A stretch of DNA of 51,781 nt from NCBI GenBank assembly GCA_964593285.1, contig CAZQHZ010000002.1, positions 16,858 to 68,638 on the forward strand, written 5' to 3'. The notes beneath the pieces are model-generated. The model was not told where the DNA came from and did not search any database. It saw only the letters and a list, made by a program, of their open reading frames with translations. This DNA comes from an uncultured Methanosarcinales archaeon. Lineage in GTDB: Archaea; Nanobdellota; Nanobdellia; Woesearchaeales; DSVV01. How positions within the stretch are numbered: the stretch's first letter is position 1; every line of letters begins with the position of its first letter. This document shows, piece by piece, positions 28,183-37,055 of this stretch. The translations under genes and the position numbers were made by a program.

Positions 28183-29991
28183 TTATTTTATTTTTTTTGA
28201 TAATTCTTCAAATTCATTGAGTATTTCTTTTATTATTTTTATTCCGTCTTGATAGAATTTTTTCGATTTTATATTAATGTTATTTTCAATTAGTAAATCG
28301 TATGGTTTTTTTGAGCCTCCTGATTTTAATATGTTTATGTATTTTGGAATGAATTTTTTTCCTTGTATTTTGTATTTTTTAAATAATGCAAAACTAAGTA
28401 AATTTCCAAATGCATATGAATAACAATAAAATGGAGATTTAAATATGTGTGGAATCATTGACCAGCCTGTTTCTTGATTTTTTGGTAAATCAAATTTAAT
28501 AGTATTACCATACATTTCAATTTGTTTGTTTCTCCATATTTTATTAAAGTCAATGAATGTTAGTTGATTATCATTTAATATTTTTTCATGTATCTCTTTT
28601 TCAAACAAAACATATTGTATTTGTAAAAAAATTGTTGCAAATATACTTGATAATTTTTTTTCAATTAAAATTAATTTTTCTTTATTGGTTAGATTTTTTT
28701 TTAATTCATCAAATAATAGCATTTCATTAAATATTGATGATGTTTCTTCTAATATAAGCGGTGCAGAAAAATTTTCTGATTTTAAATGTTGCCTTAAATG
28801 TCCATGTATAGCATGACCCATTTCATGAGCTAATGTAAATACATCATCAATTTTATTATTAAAATTTAATAAAATATAGCTTTCAAAGCCTTTTGTAAAT
28901 GATGCAAAAGCTCCGTTCATTTTTCCTTTTTTTGCAAAAACATCAACTCTTGCTTCTTTAAACATATCTTTTGAATATTTGTAAAAAATATTATCAAAAG
29001 TTTTAATAGATTTAAAATAGAGATTAATTGCTTCATTAAAATTTATTTTTTTTTCTTTTGAATTAATTGGAGCATATATATCATAATTATTTAATTTTTT
29101 TTTATTTAATAATTTTGTTTTTATTTTTAGAAATTTTTGATATAAATAATATGAATTTTTAATTTCATTTAGTAACATATTTACAACTTCATCATCTAAT
29201 TCTTCACTAATATTTCTTTGTGATAAAACATGTTTATATTTTCTAATCTTTATTTCATTTATATGATCTTTTACAATTGCATTATAAGTATTTCCAAGAA
29301 CAATTTGTGTTTTTTTATCATTATATATCTTTCTAATAGATTTTAATGCATCTTTTCTTATTTTTTCATCACTACTTTGTCTCAATGTTCTAATTTCTGA
29401 TTCTGTTAATGTTTTTTGTTTATTATTTATTTTTATTTTGAATAAAAATGAATTTACAAATTCATCATATAAATTATTAAATGCTGTAATTCCTGAATTT
29501 TCTTTAATGTTTAAAATAAATTCATTTTTTTCATTTAGAATATATTTTATTGATTTTGCAGTTTGATAAAAAAAGTTACTATATTCTTTTAATTCTTTAT
29601 TTTTTGATAATTTTATTAAATTTTTATATCCTATTTTTTTTATTTCTTGTGAAATAAATAATAATTCATTAGAAACATTAGTTATTAGATTTTCAAATTC
29701 AGCTTTTTTTATTATAATTTCTTGATTTTGTGTGTTAAGTGCAAAATTATAATTTAAATAGAATGAAATTTTATTTAATTTTTTAGTAATTTTTTCTTGT
29801 TCATTAAAAAATGTTATAAAATCTTTTGGTTTAAATGTTGAAATTTTTGTTTTGTATTTATTTTTAAATTTTAAAACTAAAGGCATTATTGAATCTATGT
29901 CTTTTTTTAAATTTAAATCATTTAAATTGTTATAAAATTTAGTTAAATTCCATTTTGTATTAATTTTTTCATTTTTAGTATTTTGTTTCAT
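28183..29991 (-). CDS. pepF: Oligoendopeptidase F (M3B family)
   Basis: The sequence contains the zinc motif HEMGHAIH. Its ~600-aa length and overall M3B layout also fit. Confidence 0.85.
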   Translation of the reverse strand: MKQNTKNEKINTKWNLTKFYNNLNDLNLKKDIDSIMPLVLKFKNKYKTKISTFKPKDFITFFNEQEKITKKLNKISFYLNYNFALNTQNQEIIIKKAEFENLITNVSNELLFISQEIKKIGYKNLIKLSKNKELKEYSNFFYQTAKSIKYILNEKNEFILNIKENSGITAFNNLYDEFVNSFLFKIKINNKQKTLTESEIRTLRQSSDEKIRKDALKSIRKIYNDKKTQIVLGNTYNAIVKDHINEIKIRKYKHVLSQRNISEELDDEVVNMLLNEIKNSYYLYQKFLKIKTKLLNKKKLNNYDIYAPINSKEKKINFNEAINLYFKSIKTFDNIFYKYSKDMFKEARVDVFAKKGKMNGAFASFTKGFESYILLNFNNKIDDVFTLAHEMGHAIHGHLRQHLKSENFSAPLILEETSSIFNEMLLFDELKKNLTNKEKLILIEKKLSSIFATIFLQIQYVLFEKEIHEKILNDNQLTFIDFNKIWRNKQIEMYGNTIKFDLPKNQETGWSMIPHIFKSPFYCYSYAFGNLLSFALFKKYKIQGKKFIPKYINILKSGGSKKPYDLLIENNINIKSKKFYQDGIKIIKEILNEFEELSKKIK

Positions 29992-30129
29992 TATTTTTTT
30001 ATAAAAAATTATTATTTAAATATTTATTTGTAAAATATTAATTTTATATGTTTATAATAAATAAAAATCAAAAAATATTTAAATATAAAGGATAATAAAG
30101 TAAATTATATTTAAAAAAGGTGAGTTGTT

Positions 30130-30624
30130 GTGAAAATTATATATGTGTTATGTGGATTAATTATTTTATTGTTTTGTGTAAATTTTAGTCATGCTAGCAG
30201 TGTTTCTGTTATAAATATGGATGTTTCAGATACATTAGAAGTTGGTAATAATATCTATGCAAATGCTTTTATTTATACATCTGATTTTAGACTTAAAACA
30301 AATATTAATTATATAAATAGTTCTTTAGATAGAATTTTAAATTTAAATGGTGTTAGCTTTAGTTGGAAAAATTCAGTAAATAATAAAACAAACATAGGAT
30401 TAATTGCTCAAAATGTTGAAAAATATTTTCCAGAGGTTGTTCATACTAATAACATTACAGGTATGAAAGCTATTGAGTATGCAAATTTAGTAGCACCTTT
30501 AATTGAGTCAATTAAAGAACAACAAACTCAAATTGAAAAACAGCAAAAGATTATAGAAAATCAACAAAATCAAATTGATGAACTTCGAAGAGAGATTGAA
30601 AATTTAAAAATTAGTTTTAATTAG
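30130..30624 (+). CDS. Secreted protein consisting mainly of a tail-fibre/endosialidase intramolecular chaperone (Peptidase_S74-like) domain
   Basis: The signal peptide is MKIIYVLCGLIILLFCVNFSHA. This is followed by SDFRLKTNI...LNGVSFSWKN...IGLIAQNVEKYFPEVV...YANLVAPLIESIKEQQ and a coiled coil. The start is GTG, 6 nt after AGGTGA. Confidence 0.65.
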   Translation: MKIIYVLCGLIILLFCVNFSHASSVSVINMDVSDTLEVGNNIYANAFIYTSDFRLKTNINYINSSLDRILNLNGVSFSWKNSVNNKTNIGLIAQNVEKYFPEVVHTNNITGMKAIEYANLVAPLIESIKEQQTQIEKQQKIIENQQNQIDELRREIENLKISFN

Positions 30625-30894
30625 ACAATAAAATTTATAAATTATTGTGTTTTATTAAAAAAAATGAATTTATTAAACCAATTAAATTTTTGTAATAATT
30701 TTAATAGTTTTAGTTTCTTTTATTTTAGTTGGTATTTTTAATTATCATTTTTTCTGATAAGCTTTATTTTTTTTGGGTGTTGAAAAGCCTTTATGAAATG
30801 AAGTGAAACAGAAATTCTTTGAAAGTTTTAATTGATAAATATTTTTTTTACTTTTTTTATGATAATATAATAAAATAATAAAGGTGATTTTAAG

Positions 30895-31176
30895 ATGAAT
30901 AATATAAAATATAAACAAATAGATGATTTAATAGATGATTTAACACAAACAAAAGAATTAGTTAAAAAAAATAATCTTTATAAAAATAGGATTAATTTTT
31001 CTGAAGGGATACCAAACGCAACTGTTTTGATAAATTCTGCAAATTATGTTATGGCTCAGCATAAATATAATGGTGGTTATAGTGAAAAAACTCGTTTAAA
31101 TGGTTTTCTTGAGGATAAAAACATACCAAATAAGCATAAGAATTATGTTAAGGAAATTTATAGCATTTTAAAATAA
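30895..31176 (+). CDS. Hypothetical protein
   Basis: This is a 93-aa ORF with AGGTGA 7 nt upstream. No motif was recognised. Confidence 0.45.
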   Translation: MNNIKYKQIDDLIDDLTQTKELVKKNNLYKNRINFSEGIPNATVLINSANYVMAQHKYNGGYSEKTRLNGFLEDKNIPNKHKNYVKEIYSILK

Positions 31177-31237
31177 TTTTTTATTTTTTTATTTTTTATC
31201 AAAAAACATTTAAAAAAATAAAAAACCCAACTATTTT

Positions 31238-31978
31238 ATGGCATTATACATTATTGGTATTGGATTATTTGATGAAAAAGATATAACTATTAAAGGACTT
31301 GAAGCGGTAAAAAAATCTAAATATGTTTATTTGGAAAATTATACTTCAAAATTTGATTCTTCACTTGAAAGGCTCGAAAAATTTTATGAGAAAAAAATTA
31401 TTGTTGCAGATAGAGAAATGGTTGAATCAAAAGCTGATGAGATTATTGATAATGCTATTTTTAATGATGTTTCTTTTTTAGTAATTGGCGATCCATTTTG
31501 TGCAACAACACATATTGATTTACGGCTTAGAGCTATTGAGAAAAATGCTCAAGTAAATATTATTAATAATGCATCAATTATAAATTCAATTGCAATAACT
31601 GGTCTTGATATTTATAAATTTGGACGAATTACAACAATTCCTTTTGATAATAAAAACATAATTTCTCCAATTAATGTTATTAAAGATAATTTAAGTCTTG
31701 GTTTATCAACTTTAGTTTTACTTGATATTGATTCTGAAAATGAAAAATATATGACTATTAATCAAGCTATTAATTATTTGATTGAAAATGGTTTTGATAG
31801 AGAAACTTATATTGTTGGTTGCTGTGCTATTGGTAGTGATAATCCAATTATTAAATATGGCAAAATTGAAGAATTGAAAAGTTATAATTTTAATTTATTT
31901 TTACAATGTTTAATTGTTCCTGGAAAAATGCATTTTATGGAAGAAGAAATATTAAAAAAATTAAGTAAAAAAAATTAA
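31238..31978 (+). CDS. dphB: Diphthine synthase
   Basis: The sequence contains MALYIIGIGLFDEKDITIKGLEAVK and LVIGDPFCATTH. Confidence 0.9.
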   Translation: MALYIIGIGLFDEKDITIKGLEAVKKSKYVYLENYTSKFDSSLERLEKFYEKKIIVADREMVESKADEIIDNAIFNDVSFLVIGDPFCATTHIDLRLRAIEKNAQVNIINNASIINSIAITGLDIYKFGRITTIPFDNKNIISPINVIKDNLSLGLSTLVLLDIDSENEKYMTINQAINYLIENGFDRETYIVGCCAIGSDNPIIKYGKIEELKSYNFNLFLQCLIVPGKMHFMEEEILKKLSKKN

Positions 31979-32235
31979 GAACACCAGCATGCACAACTTT
32001 TATCATTTAAAATATGTTTATGGTATTTATTATTATTTTCTGTGCAATATTTTGTACAATCATTTCTGCAACATTGTTCGCTTAAATCAATACTTTCAAG
32101 ACAATCTTCTGATAATGTTAAAATTTCTGGCGGTGGTAGATTTTGCGTTATTTCATCGTTTTTGCAACCAATAATTGATAAAATTGCAAATATTGATAAA
32201 ATAAAGCCAATTTTAATTATTTTATTTTTTGCCAT
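31975..32235 (-). CDS. Small Cys-rich lipoprotein-like protein (C-x3-C-x3-C-x16-C-x-C-x-C family)
   Basis: The signal with a lipobox-like motif is FAILSIIGC. The C-terminus CRNDCTKYCTENNNKYHKHILNDKSCACWC has Cys spacing identical to ORF 46041..46370. Confidence 0.65.
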   Translation of the reverse strand: MAKNKIIKIGFILSIFAILSIIGCKNDEITQNLPPPEILTLSEDCLESIDLSEQCCRNDCTKYCTENNNKYHKHILNDKSCACWCS

Positions 32236-32318
32236 AATTAATAGAATGTATTATTTAATATAAAAATATTATTAAAATTTAAAATAATTATTTATAATAG
32301 TTGTTTTTTATTTTGAAA

Positions 32319-33425
32319 ATGATAAATATTTTATTTTTTTTGATTTTTGTTGGTATTTTTATTTTAATCTTTTTTTTAATGAATTATTATTTTTTGTATA
32401 ATATTTTTAATTATCTTAAATTAAAGAAAACATTGTTTTTTAAGTTATTAATTTTTTTAATTCCAATCTTTTTTATTGTGATTTTTTTATTAGAAAATTA
32501 TTTTTTTAATTTTTTAATTAAATTTTTGTATTTTATTTTTACATTATATTTTGGAATTATTTTTATTTCTTTATTTTTTATGTTGTTTTTTAATTCTTTA
32601 TTTTTCATTATTAATAAAATATTTAAAAATAAATCATATAGAATAAAATGTTTTTTAAAATATAAGGGTTATTTTATTTTATCAATTATTGGTTTGATTA
32701 TAATTTATTCTTTTATTAATTCTTTTATAATAGAAACAACTTATGTTGAAGTAGAGTCAGAAAAAATTGATGAAGATTTAAAAATTGTTTCAATTGCAGA
32801 TTTACATTTAGGACCAATTTATGGAATAAACTATTTAGATAAAATTTTTGATAAAATTGATTTAATTAATCCAGATATTGTAATTGTTAGTGGGGATTTT
32901 GTAGATGGCTCAGGGGTATATAATTTTAATCTAATTAATTCTTTTAAAAATAAAACATATCCTATTTATTTGACTTTTGGAAATCATGAAATTTATGCGG
33001 GGGATGAATATTTAAATGAAATTTTTAATGATGTTAATATTAATATTTTAAGAAATGAAAAAATATATTATAAAAATATTCAAATAATTGGAATTGATGA
33101 TTCTGAAGATACAAATCAAGTTTATACTAATTTGAAAAATATATCTATAGATGAATTAAATTATTCTATTTTATTGTATCATCGACCAAATGGTTTTATT
33201 GATGCTAAAAATGATAAAATTGATTTAATGTTTTCAGGCCATACCCATAGGGGTCAAATTTTTCCTTTTTCTTTATTTGTAAAATTAGCTTTTCCATATA
33301 TTTATGGATTATATGAATATGATGGTTCATACTTATATGTAACAAGTGGTATCGCTACATGGGGACCAAAATTGAGGTTTTTATCTAATAATGAAATTGT
33401 TGTAATTGATGTTTTAGCAAAATAA
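32319..33425 (+). CDS. Membrane-anchored metallophosphoesterase (calcineurin-like)
   Basis: An N-terminal multi-TM region is followed by SIADLHLG, VSGDFVDG, GNHE and GHTHRGQ. Confidence 0.85.
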   Translation: MINILFFLIFVGIFILIFFLMNYYFLYNIFNYLKLKKTLFFKLLIFLIPIFFIVIFLLENYFFNFLIKFLYFIFTLYFGIIFISLFFMLFFNSLFFIINKIFKNKSYRIKCFLKYKGYFILSIIGLIIIYSFINSFIIETTYVEVESEKIDEDLKIVSIADLHLGPIYGINYLDKIFDKIDLINPDIVIVSGDFVDGSGVYNFNLINSFKNKTYPIYLTFGNHEIYAGDEYLNEIFNDVNINILRNEKIYYKNIQIIGIDDSEDTNQVYTNLKNISIDELNYSILLYHRPNGFIDAKNDKIDLMFSGHTHRGQIFPFSLFVKLAFPYIYGLYEYDGSYLYVTSGIATWGPKLRFLSNNEIVVIDVLAK

Positions 33426-33902
33426 TTAATATAATATTTTATCATCATTTATATTATAATTTTTTGTTGTGAATTTAATTCCATAGAAAATTATTTCTGT
33501 ATTTTTTGGTTTTGTAAAATGCCATGTTTTTTTTGGGATTATTAATGCATTATTTTTTGTAATTTTTGTTTTTAAATCATTTACAAAAAAAACAATATTT
33601 TTGTTAGAAAGAAAAATTTCAAATGTATGTTCGTGCATATGTTTTTTAATAATTTTATTAGGATTTATTTTTATTTTAAAGAAAGAAATTATTTTTATAT
33701 TGTTAAAATAGTTGTTATAAATTGAATAATTAAAATAGGTATTTAATTTTTTTTTAATATTTAAATTGAAATTTAAATTAATTGTTAATGGTTTATATGT
33801 ATAATATCCACCTTCTTTTTTTTCTTTTTTTTCATAAATAAATGTTTCAAAAAGATTTAATAAATAAGTTGATAATATTTTTGGTAGAAAATAGTTTTTC
33901 AT
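33426..33902 (-). CDS. Hypothetical protein, possibly cupin-fold
   Basis: KKHMHEHTFEIF and IIPKKTWH weakly resemble the two cupin motifs. The sequence is highly N/K/I-rich. Confidence 0.35.
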   Translation of the reverse strand: MKNYFLPKILSTYLLNLFETFIYEKKEKKEGGYYTYKPLTINLNFNLNIKKKLNTYFNYSIYNNYFNNIKIISFFKIKINPNKIIKKHMHEHTFEIFLSNKNIVFFVNDLKTKITKNNALIIPKKTWHFTKPKNTEIIFYGIKFTTKNYNINDDKILY

Positions 33903-33937
33903 TTTAATTTTTAAAATTATAAAAATAGAAAAAATAA

Positions 33938-34348
33938 TTAAACATTTCTAAGCATTTTAATAACTGCTTCAACAGTTCCTCTTCCAAATTTATCAATTCT
34001 TTTCATTGCATCCATTCTAGTCATTTTAGGACCGCTAATTCCAAGACCTACAGGTTTTGTATATTCAAGTGATAAATCCATTATTTTTCTTGCAGCATTT
34101 TGTGCAACAATTATATCATGGTCAGTATCGCCTTGTACAACTGCACCTAAAGTTACAATACCATCAATTTCTTTGTTTATTAACATTTTTTTAACAACAA
34201 AAGGTATTTCAAAACTTCCAGGAACATTTATTATTTTAACAACTTTTGCTCCTAAAAATTCAACATGTGTTTTTGCAACTTCAAGCATTGCATTTGTAAT
34301 ATCTTTGTATGTATCGCTAACAACAATTCCTATTTTTTCATTTGACAT
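33938..34348 (-). CDS. ribH: 6,7-dimethyl-8-ribityllumazine synthase
   Basis: The sequence contains VPGSFEIPFVVKKM and LGAVVQGDTDHDIIV. Confidence 0.88.
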   Translation of the reverse strand: MSNEKIGIVVSDTYKDITNAMLEVAKTHVEFLGAKVVKIINVPGSFEIPFVVKKMLINKEIDGIVTLGAVVQGDTDHDIIVAQNAARKIMDLSLEYTKPVGLGISGPKMTRMDAMKRIDKFGRGTVEAVIKMLRNV

Positions 34349-34351
34349 TTT

Positions 34352-34822
34352 CTACCCCCTTATTGGACCTTCATCATCAAATCCTTGACGAATTCCTTGT
34401 CCTGCATTTTTACTTAATTCATTTTTTCCTTTTAATAATTTGATCGCATTTATTGTATGTTTGTATGTTCTATTCTTTGTAACTTCATATAATTCTTTTT
34501 TATTATTAGTTTCATCCATATGAACAAAAACTTCTAAAATGTGTTTATTTACTAAAAGTTGAGTATTAATAATTCCATTTGATGCTTGATTTGCACATTG
34601 TTTGTCTATTTCTTTAGGTCCTGGCATTCCAAGTGCTAAAACTATATCACAATTATATTTTTCAAATAATATTTTTGATGCAACAGCTATATCTTTAATT
34701 CCAGGAACAGTATATCTAATAATTTCAATATTTTCACTAAAATCACTAATTGCTTTTTTTGCAAACTTATACATATCAATGATTGCAAAAGTTGTATCAA
34801 CAATTCCTAATTTTTTTTTCAT
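34352..34822 (-). CDS. ribC: Archaeal-type riboflavin synthase
   Basis: The sequence contains LGIVDTTFAIIDMYKFA and ALGMPGPKEIDKQCA. It is a lumazine-synthase-like paralogue next to ribH. Confidence 0.8.
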   Translation of the reverse strand: MKKKLGIVDTTFAIIDMYKFAKKAISDFSENIEIIRYTVPGIKDIAVASKILFEKYNCDIVLALGMPGPKEIDKQCANQASNGIINTQLLVNKHILEVFVHMDETNNKKELYEVTKNRTYKHTINAIKLLKGKNELSKNAGQGIRQGFDDEGPIRG

Positions 34823-34945
34823 ATGTTGTGGATTATTTGTTTATTATTTATAAGTTTCTACTTAAATTTGGGTAATATGGTTTTTTAAATCTATTTAGTA
34901 TAAATAGAAATATTTATAAAATACTTTTTTAACTTTGTTTTTAAT

Positions 34946-35830
34946 ATGGAATTTAGAAAGGTTCAAAAAACAGGGGATATGAATTATGTATATTTACCAA
35001 CTAATTGGTGTAAAAAATTTTCAATTAATTCTGATTCTAAATTAATATTAGAGGAAAATAGTAATGGTAGTTTACTGCTACTTCCTCATGAAATTAATAA
35101 AAAACCAATACATCTTGAAATCCATACAAATGAAGATAATATTGATATTATTAATATGCTTATTATGGGTTGTTATATAAATCCATTATCATCTTTTAAT
35201 ATTAATTTAAAAAAGAGCTTAGATAGTACTAAATTATTAAATCAAAAAAATATAATTAGCTTAGAATCTGTTGAAATTGAAAAGAATGTTATTTCTTCAA
35301 ATTCAATGATAATTTCACCAGACCCTGATTTATTGCTAAAAACTATGATTAAAAAAATTAAAAATTTAATTTATATAATGGTTAATAGTTATAATTTAGA
35401 ATTAATAGAAAAATATGAAGAAGAAATTGATAGAATTAAAACATTAATTGAAAAATCAGTTATTAGTTATATGACTTCAGCTGCTGCTCCAAAATTAAAA
35501 ATGATTGATTTATATTATATTTCTTTAATTTCAAGAGATTTAGAAAGAATTGTTGATCATATTATTAGACTTGAAAAAACAGATATTGTTTTTTTGAAAA
35601 AAATTGAAGAAGTTATTGTTTTTTTAAAAAATAATATTGAAAAACAAGATTTAATTAAAAATAAATTTAGGATTGATTATGAAATTGCAATTCAATTTAC
35701 AAAAAAAGTAAAATCAATTGGAAAAATTTCAAAACAAGATAAGCATTTATATGATAAACGAAGAATTATTGGTTTGTTAAATAAAGTTAGTGAAATTACA
35801 ATTGATTGGAGTATAACTAACAATATTTAA
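34946..35830 (+). CDS. AbrB/SpoVT-domain plus PhoU-like regulator
   Basis: The N-terminus is RKVQKTGDMNYVYLPTNWCKKF (AbrB-like). Later ISRDLERIVDHIIRL is PhoU-like. Confidence 0.55.
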   Translation: MEFRKVQKTGDMNYVYLPTNWCKKFSINSDSKLILEENSNGSLLLLPHEINKKPIHLEIHTNEDNIDIINMLIMGCYINPLSSFNINLKKSLDSTKLLNQKNIISLESVEIEKNVISSNSMIISPDPDLLLKTMIKKIKNLIYIMVNSYNLELIEKYEEEIDRIKTLIEKSVISYMTSAAAPKLKMIDLYYISLISRDLERIVDHIIRLEKTDIVFLKKIEEVIVFLKNNIEKQDLIKNKFRIDYEIAIQFTKKVKSIGKISKQDKHLYDKRRIIGLLNKVSEITIDWSITNNI

Positions 35831-35871
35831 TTTTAAAAAATATTTTTATAGTTTTTAATTTTGATGTTAGT

Positions 35872-36008
35872 ATGGCTAATTTTGTTACATTACTTATCTT
35901 AATTATTGGTAATGGTATTATAAAGGAAATTATAATTATAATGTTCCAATAAGGGATGATTTAGATAATGTGTATGGTTCAATTCCTTTAAAAATTACTG
36001 TTGATTAA
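35872..36008 (+). pseudogene. Possible frameshifted small membrane-peptide gene whose 3' end forms the left copy of the cassette-flanking repeat
   Basis: An ATG at 35872 encodes MANFVTLLILIIG. A different frame from 35913 reads WYYKGNYNYNVPIRDDLDNVYGSIPLKITVD then stop. One indel near 35911-35913 would join the two. Confidence 0.25.
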
Positions 36009-36024
36009 AAGTAAATTATTTAAA
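35962..36024 (+). repeat. Direct repeat, left copy (44-nt perfect core 35981-36024 plus ~19 nt imperfect)
   Basis: The core aattcctttaaaaattactgttgattaaaagtaaattatttaaa is identical to 37873-37916. The upstream ~19 nt are similar and read in frame as LDNVYGS versus LDNLYDL. Confidence 0.9.
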
Positions 36025-36380
36025 AAAAAGTTATTATTCAATTAAAGAAATATATTAAATTATTTTTGATAGTTTTTTAGGCATTGTATTTAAATCTAAT
36101 GATTTGAAAAATATATAAAGTATTTAATACTTTTATTTTATTATCAAAAAACACAAAGGTGCTTATTAGGGGTTTATAATACATGCAAAATTTAAAAATT
36201 TTAATTTTTTAAGGAATTTTAATATTTGTTTTCATGTAAAAGGTTATTAATACACACAAAAAGGGTTATTAAGTCAATAAAAAAAACAAAAATCTTATTT
36301 TAATTCATTTATCTAACCATATTTGATTAGTTTATAGTAAAATAATAAGATTTATATATAGGTTTAATTTTATAATAAAT

Positions 36381-37055
36381 ATGAAAGGTTTTCCTATTAT
36401 CACAAAAGCAGATATAAAAAAAGAATATAATTGTAATGATGATTATGCATATACTAAATTAAATAGACTTTACAAACAAAATAAAATAAAAAAAATTGTT
36501 AAAGGTAAATATACTCAAATTGATAATATTTATGTTATATCTTCAAATTTATATACTCCATCTTATATTTCATTTTGGACTGCATCGTCATTAAAAGGTT
36601 ATACTGAACAAATTGTTAATACCATTCATGTAGTTACAACAAAAAACCATAATGAAATTATTTTTGAGAATTATAAGATTTGTTTTCATAAATTTAGTAA
36701 ATCTACTTTTTTTGGTTATCAAAAAGAAAGAGTAGGTAATTTTTTTCAATTTATTGTAGATGATGAAAAATTAATAATTGATTGTTTATTATTTCAAAGA
36801 TTTATTGGAAATTTTGATGAATTAATTAAAATATTAAAAAAGTCAATTTTGAGCAAAAATAAAATAATTACATATCTTAAAAAAATAAATAACATTTCAT
36901 TAAATAAAAGAGTTGGTTTTTTATTTGAAAAATTTAAAGGTATAGATTTATCAAACGAACTAAATATTAATGACAAGAATTATATTCATTTATCTTTTTT
37001 TAAAAAAGGAGTAAAAATTGATAGTAAATGGAGATTAAAACATGATTTCAATTGA
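36381..37055 (+). CDS. abiEi: AbiEi-like antitoxin / wHTH transcriptional regulator (COG5340-like)
   Basis: The N-terminus YAYTKLNRLYKQNKIKKIVKGKYT is wHTH-like. The ORF overlaps the downstream AbiEii gene by 14 nt. Confidence 0.6.
   Translation: MKGFPIITKADIKKEYNCNDDYAYTKLNRLYKQNKIKKIVKGKYTQIDNIYVISSNLYTPSYISFWTASSLKGYTEQIVNTIHVVTTKNHNEIIFENYKICFHKFSKSTFFGYQKERVGNFFQFIVDDEKLIIDCLLFQRFIGNFDELIKILKKSILSKNKIITYLKKINNISLNKRVGFLFEKFKGIDLSNELNINDKNYIHLSFFKKGVKIDSKWRLKHDFN

Noticed and set aside
30625-30894. The spacer after the S74-domain gene, checked for a C/D-box sRNA or small ORF (for example the ATG at 30663).
   Set aside because: No RUGAUGA/CUGA box pairs were found. The 25-codon ORF is low-complexity and lacks an RBS. 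The acaataa/ttattgt inverted repeat at 30634-30657 is AT-only and weak.
31989-32263. Two plus-strand ORFs (31989-32174 and 32042-32263) opposite the small Cys-rich gene.
   Set aside because: The minus-strand ORF has a signal peptide, a lipobox-like Cys and a Cys spacing shared exactly with 46041-46370. The plus-strand products have none of these.
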